A stretch of 63,856 bases of DNA, counting the filler, from Choristocarpus tenellus KU-1152 (taxonomy: Eukaryota; Protista; Phaeophyceae): the NCBI GenBank assembly GCA_964200185.2. It is 8 parts of 8 records of this genome, joined end to end, with 100 filler letters (N's around TTAATTAATTAA, not from the genome) between each part and the next. Parts side by side here need not be neighbours in the genome. Positions count along the whole stretch, not along the records: positions 32,406 to 36,281 come from CAXNAD020017440.1; positions 36,382 to 40,038 come from CAXNAD020018680.1; positions 40,139 to 43,425 come from CAXNAD020021022.1; positions 43,526 to 54,072 come from CAXNAD020002864.1; 4 more parts are not named here. The stretch is one strand, 5' to 3'. Position numbers and translations under genes: made by a program. Each line of letters begins with the position of its first letter. Position 1 is the stretch's first letter. The notes below the pieces were generated by a model. It had not been told where the DNA came from. It did no database searches and saw nothing but the letters and a program-made list of their open reading frames with translations. This document shows, piece by piece, positions 36,201-49,548 of the stretch.

Positions 36201-37908
36201 TATACGATATTAGTAACACATAGGTTAACCTTACAGAATAAGTGAATATTTTAAGGAGATGCAGAGTAAGATTCGGAATACNNNNNNNNNNNNNNNNNNN
36301 NNNNNNNNNNNNNNNNNNNNNNNNNTTAATTAATTAANNNNNNNNNNNNNNNNNNNNNNNNNNNNNNNNNNNNNNNNNNNNCCGGTGATTCTCTTCGCCA
36401 ACCTTGCCTGAGTGAACCACGCCGCCACAGAATCACACGATTCACAAGACGTTTGTTATTGAACTACTACCTCAAAACTCGTACGTTCCACTTGAAGTAC
36501 TTTGTGACTTACTACTGTGGTACTCAGAAAATAATAATGATGTAGGTGTAGTGTCTCTAACTACATGTGGAGATGCATGATAGTTCTTCAAGTTGAACAA
36601 TGGTACAAATGGCAGGATCACAAACAGTGTCTCTACCTCCATTATTATTGTAGAACAAGAATAAACACAAAAATACGAAAAAAGTCTATTAGTTTTGACA
36701 GACTTCGACTACATAATCTACCACACACGACGGATGTATGGTGTTGTGACGAAGTCCGGTTCATTTTCGTGATTGATGACAACTAGAGGGGGGTAGGTTG
36801 TGACCATTTTACTACCACCCTTTCAGGCTCATCAAGAAACTACTTCGATGTGCCAACAAATTATTTATGGTAACATGATATACAGCAGGACGACAGTGGC
36901 AGTGAGTATGTGATTTCTTTGTAACTGGTAAATGCATATGATGTCGGTCATGCCCTATCGCCAAGAAAATCTGGAAAACCACGGAAGAAAATAGGTGATT
37001 GGATCATACATTTTACCGAGTGTTGGTTGACCAAGCAACCAAGCAAAAATATCACGGTGATGCAGGCTGATGATTGAGATGCAAGGTGTGAAATTTGGGG
37101 ATTGACTGCAGTCAGGTGGTCTTACTCTGGATAGGTAGAGGCACACTACAAACCATATTGTGAATGCCTTGCATAATCCTCATACATGTGCATCCATACT
37201 AGGGCTCCATGGTTACTGCAGCCAGCACTTTTTGAACCTACCGTTGTGGTACACTTACTTCTGGTTAGGCCGATCGTGTTGCGTCTCTGAAGCACCTGAT
37301 TCCCCTTCCCATCGCATTTTCCTCAAAGCAACTTTTCTCCTCTTTTGGGTGTGACTCGTTGGCCGAGTAGGCGCAATGAACTTGCACAACAAGTCATGCA
37401 TGATCTGTTTAGTGGGTGTGCATGCGACAGACACAAGGGAGTCATGAACGTTCAACCCATCATAGTTTTGCTTGGTGTTGGTCGTGTTGCTGAAATATTT
37501 TTCCCTGGGCTAGGTAGTGGTTATAATTGGAAGCGTAAAGAACACTATGTATTTGTGGTTTCACAGAGAGAGATGCATCACATTTATGATCCTTGAAGTC
37601 AGGGAAACTTCTATTTATGCTTACTTGCTTCACTTGTCATCATTGCTCAAGTGAAGTTAACAACTTCACATACTTGTGATCAGATCTGCAGCAATATTGC
37701 ATGCAAAAGTTAACAGCGAGTCTGAGTTGGTGCAATTTCTCAGTTTGGTTAACTCCAATAACGTGATAAATATAAGGTGAGGAAAGTGAAAACACAGAAG
37801 AAATGCGTCTGGCTATCCACATCTGATGCTGGAGATATACTCCTTATATCATATTTCTTCAAAAAGATGGCCAAAAACCACAAGTTGACTGCAATTGAAA
37901 GAGTATTC

Positions 37909-38166
37909 GACTCTAAGTATCTTACAGGGTAGAGCTGCGTCTATTTGGGGTTCAAATTCCTATGTTACGATTTTGATTAAATTTTGACAGCGTGTTTGTT
38001 AGGAAGTGTCAATATCCTTGTTCCCGACACACCTTTTCGTAACGTATACATTTTACCTACTCCGAAACATTTTGGAGTAGGAAAATGTCATCAAAAGAAA
38101 CACGGGAAGCTAAGCCACAAATGGATAAACAGGGCAAATCTCGCACCCTCTAAGATACTTTCACTC
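37909..38166. mobile_element. MITE family A copy (258 bp, opposite orientation to 19660-19917)
   Basis: TIRs as in family A, flanks ATTC/ATCC. Confidence 0.85.
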
Positions 38167-38453
38167 ATCCACCAACAATGGAGGTATAGCAACATATATC
38201 CCTGCATCCGCCCCTTTTCTTGTTGGCACTTGACATCACCTCCTCCATGACTAGGTATTTATTGTCTTGGTTAAGGGTGGTGTCTATCGATGATGGATAG
38301 ATACACACAAACACCATAGTGGTACACTTGCTTCAGTCAAATTGGGAGGGGTGGAGAAAGAATAAAGAGGAACGACAAAAATATGTTGAGCAATATTGTG
38401 AAAGGGTTGTGAAACCTTCATGAAAAAAGGGAAAGGGGTGTGTCCTAAGCAAG

Positions 38454-38632
38454 AGCTCAAAGTATCTAGGGGGGGTGGCGGATGTCCATTTGGGGCAAAT
38501 TTGTTCATGTCGCGATTTTTCAGTGATTTGGTTCCATACGTCAGATGGATAATGAAAGTGCACTTTTCCAGTTTTTTTCCAAAAAGGAAACCTTGGTGTA
38601 GACACCCCCCCCTCCCCCAGATACTCTGGGTC
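38454..38632. mobile_element. MITE family B copy
   Basis: AGCTCAAAGTATCTAGGGGGG ... CCCCCAGATACTCTGGGTC. Confidence 0.8.
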
Positions 38633-40310
38633 AAGGGGGACTCATCCAAAAGACGGATGTTGTGTAGAAGTGTGTCCACCAAAAAGGTAATGTATGGCTT
38701 GGAGGCAACAGCAGCCATCTACTCTGCATGGTATCCTTTATACACCGCCTGCCAATGTGTCGAAAACACGTACGTGTTCATGGCATTTACTGTAACTGTA
38801 TTCCTCGAGTATGGTGCATTGTCACCTCCATACATTCCTACATACATACAGAGAGCAGGTACTGTGGGAAATTCTATTGTTTTTGTTTTCGCTGCAGGTG
38901 CCAACACGAAAAATAAATGGACGACCAATGTAATCAACTGGATGAGTGTCATCTATCTAATATTGCTCACAATCAGAACTAACCCTAGCCCAAAATCCAG
39001 CTCTGGCCGTCGCTCCAGCCGTAGATCCAGACCAAGCTCTAGACCTTACCTGGAGGTTGTCAATCTAATCAGACCCACATTGCAGGGAAACTGTAGGGAT
39101 AGTGATACTGATACTGCTACTGACACCAACACTGACACTGCAGCAGGGATCCTGTACAGAAGAATGGAAGGCCACTAATAAGAGTATTGATATGTATGTA
39201 GAGGTACGCACGACAAGACACCCAACACATCAAGATATGGTCGGTATGCTGTCATTGCACCAGTCAAGCTCCCTCACCTAGCAGGAATTTTTCAACCTGG
39301 CACCAGACCCATCGACAGAACCACGATTATCTTTTCAACTGCCCAGTCTAATCTTCGTCTATGCCCATTTGGCGCAGTGAATGAACATTCGTCGTGCTTG
39401 TTGACTCAGTCGGCCCTGAGGACCTAGGGACCGGCTGGTAGCAGCACTGATCGTTCTCATAGCCACGACGAGCCCCCCCTCAACTGGTCCGGTTAGGAAC
39501 ACACCACCCTGCCACCTTCCAAGTGTCTGATCGATCCCATCTGCCTTGAACTTCTGATACCAAAGGGTGCCATCCGGGGCACGTGGTGCCGTGCGAGTCC
39601 CGGGTGTCCATGCCAGACCAGGAGTTGCCCAGATGGATCGAATGCTATGTGGTGGAGGCAAGGTCCGCCTTTGGACGAGGACTACCTGGACATGGGGGCA
39701 CTGGCTGCCCCGGGCTTGCATTGCTACCTACCTACGTGCCCTGGAGAGGAGGTGAGCACACTCAGAGAGTACAGTGTATGCTATAGAGGGAAGAAGTACT
39801 CACCCCTCTTGTAGCTCTTGTTGATCGCCTATCATTTTCTTCCCTCCTTCAATACTTTACCTCCAATTTACCAGCATAGTGCTCCTCAACGGAACAGGAC
39901 AAGAAATGTGAGAGAGGTGGGTAATGTATAAGTGGACCCAATTTATGATTGCACCCATTACTGTCTTCAACCACCTTTGGAATTGCTCATTTCCTCTTTT
40001 TCCTTTGTCCAAAATTTACAGGGTAGATTCCCTGTAGGNNNNNNNNNNNNNNNNNNNNNNNNNNNNNNNNNNNNNNNNNNNNTTAATTAATTAANNNNNN
40101 NNNNNNNNNNNNNNNNNNNNNNNNNNNNNNNNNNNNNNCCCCCTCCTCCCTAGATGTCCATATTATTGCTATGTACGCTCTGCTATTTCTCCTATGCTGA
40201 TGCAGCTTGGATTGTTTGTTGATGACTAGTTTAAGGCTGCGTGTAATAGTATTATTTTTTTTTAAAGGAATGAGAAACTGTTTATTCTTGTCATTCTTTT
40301 TCTCGAGCAG

Positions 40311-43300
40311 GTGCTAGAGCCCTTCATCCGTGCGGGAATAGTCCACTATGAAAAGTTCAAGCGTGATGGGTGAGGCTGCAAGCATGGACCTATTTCCTAT
40401 TTATGTCCTCCATTGACAGGCGTTGTTCTTATTCCGTTTTTTTTGTCCAGAAATAGCTCCCATTGGCTAGTGTAGTCACGGAGGCGATGTTGTTACTAGC
40501 AGAAATTATCGTTCTTTCTGTTCACTCATTTTGTTGATGTTAGGGAGAACTTGCGAGGTGAATGGCAGAAAGTGGGATGGAGGCTGAGTGTTGTGATTCT
40601 AAGAAAGAGATCAAGTGTGTGTGGGTGATGATGAGTCATCGTTTGCCCTAACCCTAGACCTCCTGGAGGCGTATTGGCCAATGAGCTACTTGAAGGTGCA
40701 TGTGAAGCACTGCAGTTTGAGCCATTTTTTGTTAGAGACTGAAGGGTCAAACCAAGTGTCGTTCTGTCTATTCTGTTATGTAGTATATCTTTAATCCTTT
40801 GAAATTTCTGGTGTGCTCCCAGGCTGTTGTTGAGATACTGATTTCTTGGCTACAGTAGACATCCATCTTGGCTGCTGATGAAGCAAACGGGATTGGTTCT
40901 ATAGCTGCAGAATATCCCGACAACCTTGTGTGTATACCCTCCAAGATGTTTGTCCTCAGGACCTGCAGTGGCCTCTAGTGCGTTCGTCATTATGGAATGC
41001 CTTCCTCCAACTCATGAACTCCACCCTCATTTTTCTACATATTCCCTCCTCCCTTCCTCTACCCACTCACACCATGGAAACAGTCAGGAAAACAAAATGG
41101 GGCCGTTGATGGCGTGCTTGAATCATTTTAGGGGAAAGGGCAAGGAAGAGCTTTCTCCTGCTGATAGGGAAGTTCGTTGGTTGATGATGCATGATAACGA
41201 TGAATATGTTTATCCCCCCACTGAGGAGACGACCCTTTCGGGGGTGCTGAAGAAACACAGAAATTCATGCTGTGTAAAGGTGAATCACCTTGGGGACCTG
41301 TAAGGATTGGGGTTAAGGTTAAGGTTAGGGATAGGGTTGGGTCTGGGAGTAGTATAGATTTGGGGTTAAGGGACATGTACATTGTTTTGTACACACACTT
41401 CTACAGAGCAAGGTAAGACAATTGAGTGATCTATGTTATCAGTATTATTTGTTAACATTTCTTTTGTAAGTAGTACAATAATCTCTTTGTGTGAATACTA
41501 TGACAAGTACTTACTTCGTTGTATACAAGTTACACCTTTGTGTGATGCTGTAGCTACGATTTGAACATTTTGCAACACACTGAGATGCCGATATTTTGTT
41601 TCTTTTATTGAGTTGGTAAATCAGATTGGTGATCAGTAGTGTAAATTTTCATGAAGTACAACTTGTTGAGGAAATAACTGTTTTTATTGTAGCAATTTGT
41701 TGAGGAAATAGAACCTTTTTTGGAATACACTCGGGAGAGAGAGATTAATTATCTCTGACAGACCATGTTCTCCAACGGAGGTAGGTGTCCATGAGGGTGT
41801 AGTGAAGAGAAGCCTTAGTGTACAGGTGGGGGAGGTCATAGTTGGGGTCCATCAAGGCCGCAACAGTAGCAGTCCTCTTATAGGTGAATTGGATTACACG
41901 GGTGCTGTGTTGGCAAGAGCTTGAAAGAAATTTCAAATCATTTGGAACTCCTGCGCTGCATATGTGAGGAGGTGATAGTAGCGGTATCATAGATGATCCG
42001 GAATTTGTGCTTGGCGAGAAGAGAGAAGATTATGAGAAAATTCTGAGAAATTTGGATTGTGGGGGCTTCAATGTGTTGAAACTTTGTTGCACCACAATGC
42101 AGTGTGACTGCTGATCTCTGTAGTAGAGTAAGGCTGTACTGCGAATTGCTGTACTTCATCAAAATTGCATGTCCCAACCTGAAGTATCTGGGGGTTGGGG
42201 GGGGGACCTACACCAGGGTGTCTATTTGGGTCATGACCAGGAAAAGTGCACTTGCATTATCCATCCGACATATCCGACCAAATCTCACAAAAATCGCAAC
42301 ACGAAAAAATTGACCCCAAATGGACAGTCGCCACCCCCCCCTCCCCCCCAGATACTTTGAACCTCCCTTTTAAGTCAAACATCACCAGTGTATGCGTGAT
42401 GTACCCCTTTTTTGATATTTTTGTCCAGTTAGTATGATTGACCAAAACAACTAAGCTTTTAGCAAAATAAGGAAGGAATGGGTGTGTTTGTCCTCACATC
42501 TTCCCTACATCTCTCAACTACTTTACAAATGGCGTATTTTTCCAATGAGAGCATAATTAATGGTAACATCAGATGAAAATTTCCTTTTCTTTTTAACAAC
42601 ATAAAGGTGTGTCAAGAAAGATAGTGTTATTGTTAGGTTTAGGTTTAGGGTTAGGGTTAGTATGCACAGATTGCGAAGCCTAGTGATAGGGCTTGGGAGT
42701 TTTTTCTTATTATTGTTGTGTTCATGGAGTCTTTCCTACTCCGGTGATATCCTACTGTGCACTGAATGGTGTAGAGTGTGCCCAATCTACCATCCCAAGA
42801 TGGCTTTGAGTGGGTGTTTGACATACGGTTTTAATTTGGCTGGACTTTATATCCCCATATTGTGGAGATACTCTGTCTGGCCCTCTATGCCCATACGTAG
42901 ATAGTTTATACAGTATATACATGTTTGTTTTGTACATGGTGAGTTTGATTGTGTTAGGTAGTTTTGATTTAGGGAGTATAAATCTAAACCTAACCCTGTC
43001 CTCTCACAAATAGCTCCTTTTAAATGGAATTATGTTTTTCACATTTCTTACTGAGCCTATCCCTTGCACTTGCTGGAGTGATAATAATGTGAAGTCCTTA
43101 GACTTCCACTATTGGATAGTGATGACAGGTCGATATGACTCTTGCTTCTTTCCTTCTTTAAAAAATGGATTCCAAAGAGGGCGTTAATTTTGAGAAGTGA
43201 TCCTTATGTTACTACTCCCAATACAACCCTTGAGAATAGGTGAAACGAGTGCAGTATGGCAGTGGAGGGCACAAAGAGACACCCAGAGGTCTGGTCATTG

Positions 43301-43356
43301 AAAACTACCTCACCCACGGGAATCCAGTGGACCACATCATAAACCGCCTGCCCAAG
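40311..43356 (+). CDS. Glycosyltransferase family 92/DUF23-like protein; three internal exons, partial at both ends
   Basis: Exons 40311-40369 (VLEPFIRAGIVHYEKFKRDG), 41084-41279 (QENKMGPLMACLNHF...RWLMMHDNDEYVYP...CCVK) and 43240-43356 (VKRVQYGSGGHKETPRGLVIENY...LPK). Phases match. WxxxxDxDE and GSxGHxxxPxGLVIENY are typical of this family. Confidence 0.8.
42176..42363. mobile_element. MITE family B copy in intron, 4-bp TSD TCCC
   Basis: AACCTGAAGTATCTGGGGG ... CCCCCAGATACTTTGAACC, with TCCC at 42172-42175 and 42364-42367. Confidence 0.85.
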
Positions 43357-43749
43357 GTGAGGTTGGTTTCAAGCAAGAACTTTCTTTTTCAGTTCTTCAG
43401 AGAATATCTATATATATATTCTATGNNNNNNNNNNNNNNNNNNNNNNNNNNNNNNNNNNNNNNNNNNNNTTAATTAATTAANNNNNNNNNNNNNNNNNNN
43501 NNNNNNNNNNNNNNNNNNNNNNNNNGGGGGGGGGCTACGCTAGGTGTCTGGTCACTGATACGGGCACCGGTTCTTTGTGCTCACTGGCTCCACATGTTTT
43601 GGAACGTTTTTTTTCTAATGTATTGGATGGCTTTTGCCTGCTGCTGCTGCGGCGGTTCTGAAAAAAGCCTCCAGTTATTTTTTTTTGTTTTTCATGATAT
43701 ATTTTTTTTCTGCTTGGGGGGGGGGGGGATATTTTTTGTTTTGGAGCAG

Positions 43750-43899
43750 GAAAAGAAAGCTAAGGAAGAAGAGGAGAATCGACCAGACGACTGGAAGGTT
43801 AGGGATGCATTAGACAGCAAGGAATCCGCATCTCCTTTTCTTGGTGAAGGTGAACCCGTGGAGGAATCTGGCCAGCCCCCCGCAGTGAGAAGATGTTGA
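43750..43899 (+). CDS. Probable terminal exon of an unidentified gene (EKKAKEEEENRPDDWK...PAVRRC*)
   Basis: A pyrimidine tract and CAG acceptor at 43747-43749, a charged open frame to TGA, then T-rich UTR-like sequence. Confidence 0.4.
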   Translation, partial: EKKAKEEEENRPDDWKVRDALDSKESASPFLGEGEPVEESGQPPAVRRC

Positions 43900-44658
43900 T
43901 GTTGTTTCGGTGGAGGCGACAGAGTAACGAGCTCAATAAGATTCAATTTGGACGCTGTTCTTCTGACCTGAAAACGTAGCAAGCAAGCGATCGCTTCTTG
44001 GGAGAAAGTAATGGGAACTCTTTTATATGATTTAGTTTTATATTATTTTGTGGTAACTGTATCCTGTAGTTGGTTGGGACGGTTGGATTCGAGTGCGGAA
44101 TCATATTTTTATTATTTCTGACTTCTATTAGTGATATATTTTTTTTTAATTCTACTAATACTGTTTGCGTGTAGGAATAAAGTGAGTAGTTGCACCCGTA
44201 ATTGTTTCATTTTTTATTTTTTTAACGCTGAGGTTGCCCCGCAGGGGTATTGAGCCCTATGCCGTCCCATTCGCTGTTATAAATCAAAGCATGGATGGAA
44301 GAGAGTAGGGACCTAGTAGATTGTGTACTACTGTATGTAGTTCGAAGGCGTCAACTCTACAGTTGAAGTAGACGCAGAACTTACACCTCGTAGCTTGTTT
44401 ATTTTCCTTTTTATTTTTTTGTTTTTTGAATTGTATTTATATTTAGTACGCACACTGTCTGTCCCGTCAAAGAAAGCCAGTCCTCACTGCATCTTCCTCC
44501 TACCTACACCACCAGCGCAGGCGTGCTGGTAGGTATCGTGCTGCGGAGAGACTCTCTTGCCAAGTTTTGTTCTTTTGTTCATTGTCAATTTGTATCAAAT
44601 GCCAGCCAGCAATAAGCACCTTTGACCTGTAGAGGGAATCCGTTGAAAATTCATTTGA

Positions 44659-44697
<39 letters not shown>

Positions 44698-45299
44698 TCT
44701 TGAGCAAGGTATGAATATTATCTATTTTGAATACACAGCCTGGTCTCATTTTGACATGAGGACTTGTTTAAACACTAGTGTGATAAGAGTGGTCACCACG
44801 GGTAGTACTAAGAGTTGGAATGCTGATGGTGGTACTGTTTGGTTGTGGTAAATCTCGTTACACGTCGAGAAATCTTCCCCTCAAGCATACTGTATCATAG
44901 TACATTAGTGTCACACAAGGAGAGGAACAGAGCTTCAGCCTTACGAAGGGCGTTTTCTTCCTCTGTGTTAAATGCAACAGTGGTCTAATTTGTACTCTGA
45001 AGTGATCACTTTTTGTGGATACCACCTACCATCTACAGTAGTGCATGAGCTGTGCCCAGCAAAAATCTTTGTAATCTTACTTACTCCACTGTTGGTACTC
45101 TTCTCAGGGGATCAATTGAGGTATAGGCACTTTGTTTGGCAGTATCGGGTAGGTATTCACAATCGGTCAGTAACTGATCTAAAAAGGGGCGACAGAAGTG
45201 CCAATCTATCCTAGATTTTTTATTCAGGTGCGATCATGTATGTGCAGAGGGTGCACCCTGATTAGTCTCCTGGATGTGGAGATGAGCAACAAGGACTGA

Positions 45300-46000
45300 C
45301 TTGAAACATGATCATAAATGTACTAAGAAATCATGTCTGGCACTACTATATCTGTGTGGACCCACAGATACAGCACAGATCTGGGTTAGTGGACCCGGAT
45401 TCTGGACATGCATCACCGTTGCTGTGGTCAAGCCATAGCAAGTACATCGATCTAGCACTACAGCCTCAGATTCTGACCCCAAAAGGTGTCATGTGCAACT
45501 TCTCCAGGTCTTGAAATCAGAAAGAAATTCCCTTGTAGATGATGTTAATAATGTACAACGATGGTCGTTGGTTGTGTTGCTTTACACACTAGTGGTACAA
45601 TGGGGTGGTGTCCTTGATATTTGGCAGATGGTAAGAGGGTATTATTCGTATGACCCCTTTAGTTTATGGCAATGCTCGAAGCCCCTTCGTATAGTAGTGT
45701 CTGTTTTCAGTGCAAACGCTTGGGGTGATGGACTCTAAAACGTTGTGTGATGCCAGTGGTTATCTGGACAATGCTTTGTTGCCTACAGTAAGTGGGAAAA
45801 CGCTAGAGGTCTTACGTTGTGTTTTGAGAGCATTATGTTGTCCAAGGTGTGCAACTATTGGTACTACATACCTGATATCTCGAGTATCTCCTATGCATCT
45901 CCCTAAATCCCAACATGTTAAATGTGTTGCTATGGTGTTGATGTTTGTATTCTCTTCCTCTCAGTGGTTCCTCAAGGGTGTCAGGCTCAAATGGAGTACA
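45300..46000 (-). mobile_element. Possible highly degenerate Ty3/gypsy integrase remnant
   Basis: Only weak frame-broken similarity (LP-TKG...EKLHMTPFGVRI-GCSA). Not verifiable by eye. Confidence 0.25.
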
Positions 46001-47110
46001 GAGAGTAGCATGTATCGTGCTTGATTTGTGGGTTACGATCACTGCATTGGTAAGGGCTGCACTGAAATCCTAAACATTTCAAACTCATGGCATTTCTCCC
46101 AATGGTGAGGGCAATCTCTGACCATGTACCAATTGATTTCCCCACAGGTTTTGAGTTTTAAATAATATTGCTTCCTGATGTGCAACCTTGTATGCCCTGC
46201 TATAATGGTGCAGTCAGACCTGATGAACCAAGCATTTGATTGAGATCATGTCCATTTCACTCACTCAGGAACGTACTACTCCATCTGCCGAATCTTTTAT
46301 TTTTATTTCAGGAATGTTATAAATCGTAAATATTAACAAATTCATGCAAGTGACGGTGAGATCTAAACCTCATTGAAGGTTTTCATGCTGCAGCCCGAAA
46401 GCTGAGCACTGGTGCTGCCTGCCTGTTCCGCCTAGATTCTTGAATCAACAACCTGCAAACTGTTTCCATCAGGCTTTCCACTGAATAATATTTATTTTCT
46501 AACAAGCAACAGATTGGAAGGTCAGGTGTCGGTTTATCCAGGTGAACAAACGATCCTACAAGACAGCATGCATTGATGGCCTTGCTTTGTTAAATGAGTT
46601 GAAAGAACTATCATAATCATAGCACATGAATGTAACACACCACAGGATATCATTTTGTGACACAAGAATATAAGTAGCTGGGGTTGAACAACTGCTACAA
46701 ATGTTCAACTTGAAACCCTGTAGAGGAAGGTTGCTCATGGAATGGTATAACATGGTACATTACTGTACTGTGTAGAACTTTGGAGTACTGCACTTCTCAA
46801 AATCACCTGCCACTATGGTTATTCACATAAGTGTTACCTCTTAGCCCCAGCATTGAGATTACACAGAACTACTGCAACCTAAGCAAGTCCATAGGTCAAC
46901 CTCTTAACACACACACACATACTATACATAAGAGTCTGTTGTGGGTCATGATTGGCAGCAACAAGGTTACGGCCTCAGGCTTGAATTGCAAGACACTCTA
47001 CTTCAACCACACATCGAGCAACTAGGCTACCTCATCTGCACATATGCCAGTCGGAGCAATTCATGCCTCAGTGTGTGCCTAGAGTCCTCACAATGCCCCC
47101 ATTCCAATCA

Positions 47111-49177
47111 TTATTCTTGCGCAGATCCATAGAAGAGGTAGCTGTATTTACCTGCTGTAAGCTCAATCATCTTGTTGTATGACTGTGTGTCTGGGAGGTT
47201 GGAGCGGAGGACACGGGGGAGTTGGATGCACATCAATATCTGGTAAAGCAATGCACAGCTTGTTGGATACTCATAGAAGCATAATTTATATCTTGGGATG
47301 AGGCAGGGAAATCGGAGGGTTTGAGATTCTTGCTGAGGTGGGGAACAATAAATCCAATCTTTGTTAGAGGGAGACAAGGGACTTGTGACTGCAAAAGCAA
47401 CCCTCCACTCACATCGAAGCTTGAAATCTCTCAAAGAATCTCTACAAGAGAGTGCTTGCTTACATTATACGTTCTTCACTTGGCAATCATGGAATATGCC
47501 GAAATCTCATCTATATTTTCTCAGAGTACTCAGCCTATCCAACAAATGGCAAAACAAAAGCACTATGTAATATTCAGTACTGTTGCTCATTGGTATCAAT
47601 TGAAGTCACAGGCATGTGCAACCATGGGGGCTAAACAATGTAGTAGAAACTGAACTGCCATAACTTCAAAAATCTAAACTTTGGTGCACTTTGCTAGAGT
47701 ATGGCATTGAGGCGCCCCCTCACCGAATGTGTCACCGAGCTCTGTACTCTTGAACTCCTGAATGTTGTTGGGGCTGTGGACGTGTCCAATCAACTCCACA
47801 AATTGGCTGTGAGAGAATAGTGAAAGTCGGAGCAGGGAACGGTAAGGGCAGTACTCAAGGAGGCAAACACAGGCAGCCAATCATATTGTAGACCAAGGAG
47901 TTTTGAGCGGGTACAGGGGTGGATGGGAGCATTGAGAGTGGAGGGTGAGGGTCGTCACACAGACATGGGATGAGCAATTGATTACTCGTTACATAGTTGG
48001 ATGTGAAGTCGTTAATTTGAATTGGACAAGGGCGTAAATGATGTATTGGTAATAAAGAGTCAATATGGGTCCATAAGTAAGAAATACCTCTACTTGGAGT
48101 AGTAAAAAATATCCGATGCAGGAGATAATGGCAAGATCATACTGACCACATGAACATGGAATCATGTCATACACACACTCCCCAAACTCACGATACCCAG
48201 CTGCTTCCCGGTTGGAGAGCAATAGTTACATCCACACCATCCTGTCACCGAGATGATCGACATTTTTCAGGAAGAGCATTGTGGTCGAAGTCATACAAGG
48301 GTTGAGAAGGAGGAGCAGACAGGCCGGGGGCATAGGATGTTGGGGGAGAGCGGAGAGATGTGATGGAAGGTTCCTTGTTCAATGTTTGCAGTGGCAAAAA
48401 TTGTTCTAGGTCCATGTGAGTCAGTTTTAAAATGTTCATGATTACCACGTGCCACAGATAGTCTCAAAGACTTTATACTATTCAACTTTGTGTACAATTT
48501 TTTACTGCTAAAGCACAGCACTGTTGAAGAGACACCTATTCAACTGTGAGTAAAAGAATGCCAGACACCTCTGACGAGTGCTCAAATAACATGCTTTATC
48601 GGCCAAGGTCCATCAAGCAACAATTGCTTTGAATGTCGAAACACCTCCTACGCCTGTTTTTCTTTTTCAGAAGCCAAACATACTCCTTCCTTTGCCCTTA
48701 CTCACTGTTGTTTCCAAGACAGCGGTGCCCCCATCAGGGTTGGTATGGTCTTGTGATTTCACTCTCCCCACCAGGCACACAGGCTGATCTACGAACTGGC
48801 TTAAGAGGGCCCCGTTTACTCGTGGCGTCTGGAAGGTCTGTTAATCATCCGATTTTAACGTAACGGAGGTTGAAAAGGGTCACGTCTGTCTTGTTTGTAT
48901 TGGTTGTGTTAGGTAGGATATCGCAGGTGGTGTGGGCAAAATATTGGAGCGACAACATCCTTTATTAGTGCAACGTCTTGTTGAAAATGAACTTATATTG
49001 CATGTTATCATTGAGAGCCCTGCGTACAAGGTCCCGTGGAGTGAAAATACTCTAGAGTCTGACAGTGCCCATGACATGGGTGGCAGAAGTAAAGCAAAAG
49101 GTTGGGCAAAATACGAAGAAAAATGCGCCATCGACAATGATCCCAGAGCACCAGCTTCTCAAAGGATCATTTACCAT
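47111..49177 (-). CDS. RPA3: Replication protein A 14-kDa subunit (complete, 115 aa, 5 exons)
   Basis: Exons 49177-49175 (ATG), 48837-48706, 48241-48192, 47806-47724 and 47190-47111, all GT-AG and in phase. Protein: MTFQTPRVNGALLSQFVDQPVCLVGRVKSQDHTNPDGGTAVLETTDGVDVTIALQPGSSWVSQFVELIGHVHSPNNIQEFKSTELGDTFDTQSYNKMIELTAGKYSYLFYGSAQE. It matches the RPA14 motifs PRVN..L.QF...PVC.VG, FVE.IG and FD..YN. The ATG-only first exon is the least certain part. Confidence 0.92.
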
Positions 49178-49548
49178 GTGGGTTGCGAACAATTAGAGCA
49201 CGAGGTTTGTCTTAGAGAAATAATATGGGAAAAAATGCTGGCAAGGAAGTCTAAGAGGTAAGTGTTACCTAGCACAACGTAGTCGAAGTGGAATGATGCA
49301 TAACACTGTAAATAGGGCGAGAGAATCTCGTTACTCCCACCTTCTCCATACCTGCATATCACTCATCCTCAGAGCTAGGGTGAGAATTTTAAGTTTTCTT
49401 CCCACGGGCCTTGACTTTTCGACCTCTTGTGTTTGTAGGGACGACCAACTTTCTAGTACTGTATAATTTTTTAAAAATCAAAAACCATGCCTTCCAAGTA
49501 ACATACATGGCACTTCACACCAAAGTGTATGTATACCAACAGAGCGGA

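Noticed and set aside
38420-39178. 252-aa ORF
   Set aside because: It runs through a MITE and low-complexity sequence and has no protein motifs.
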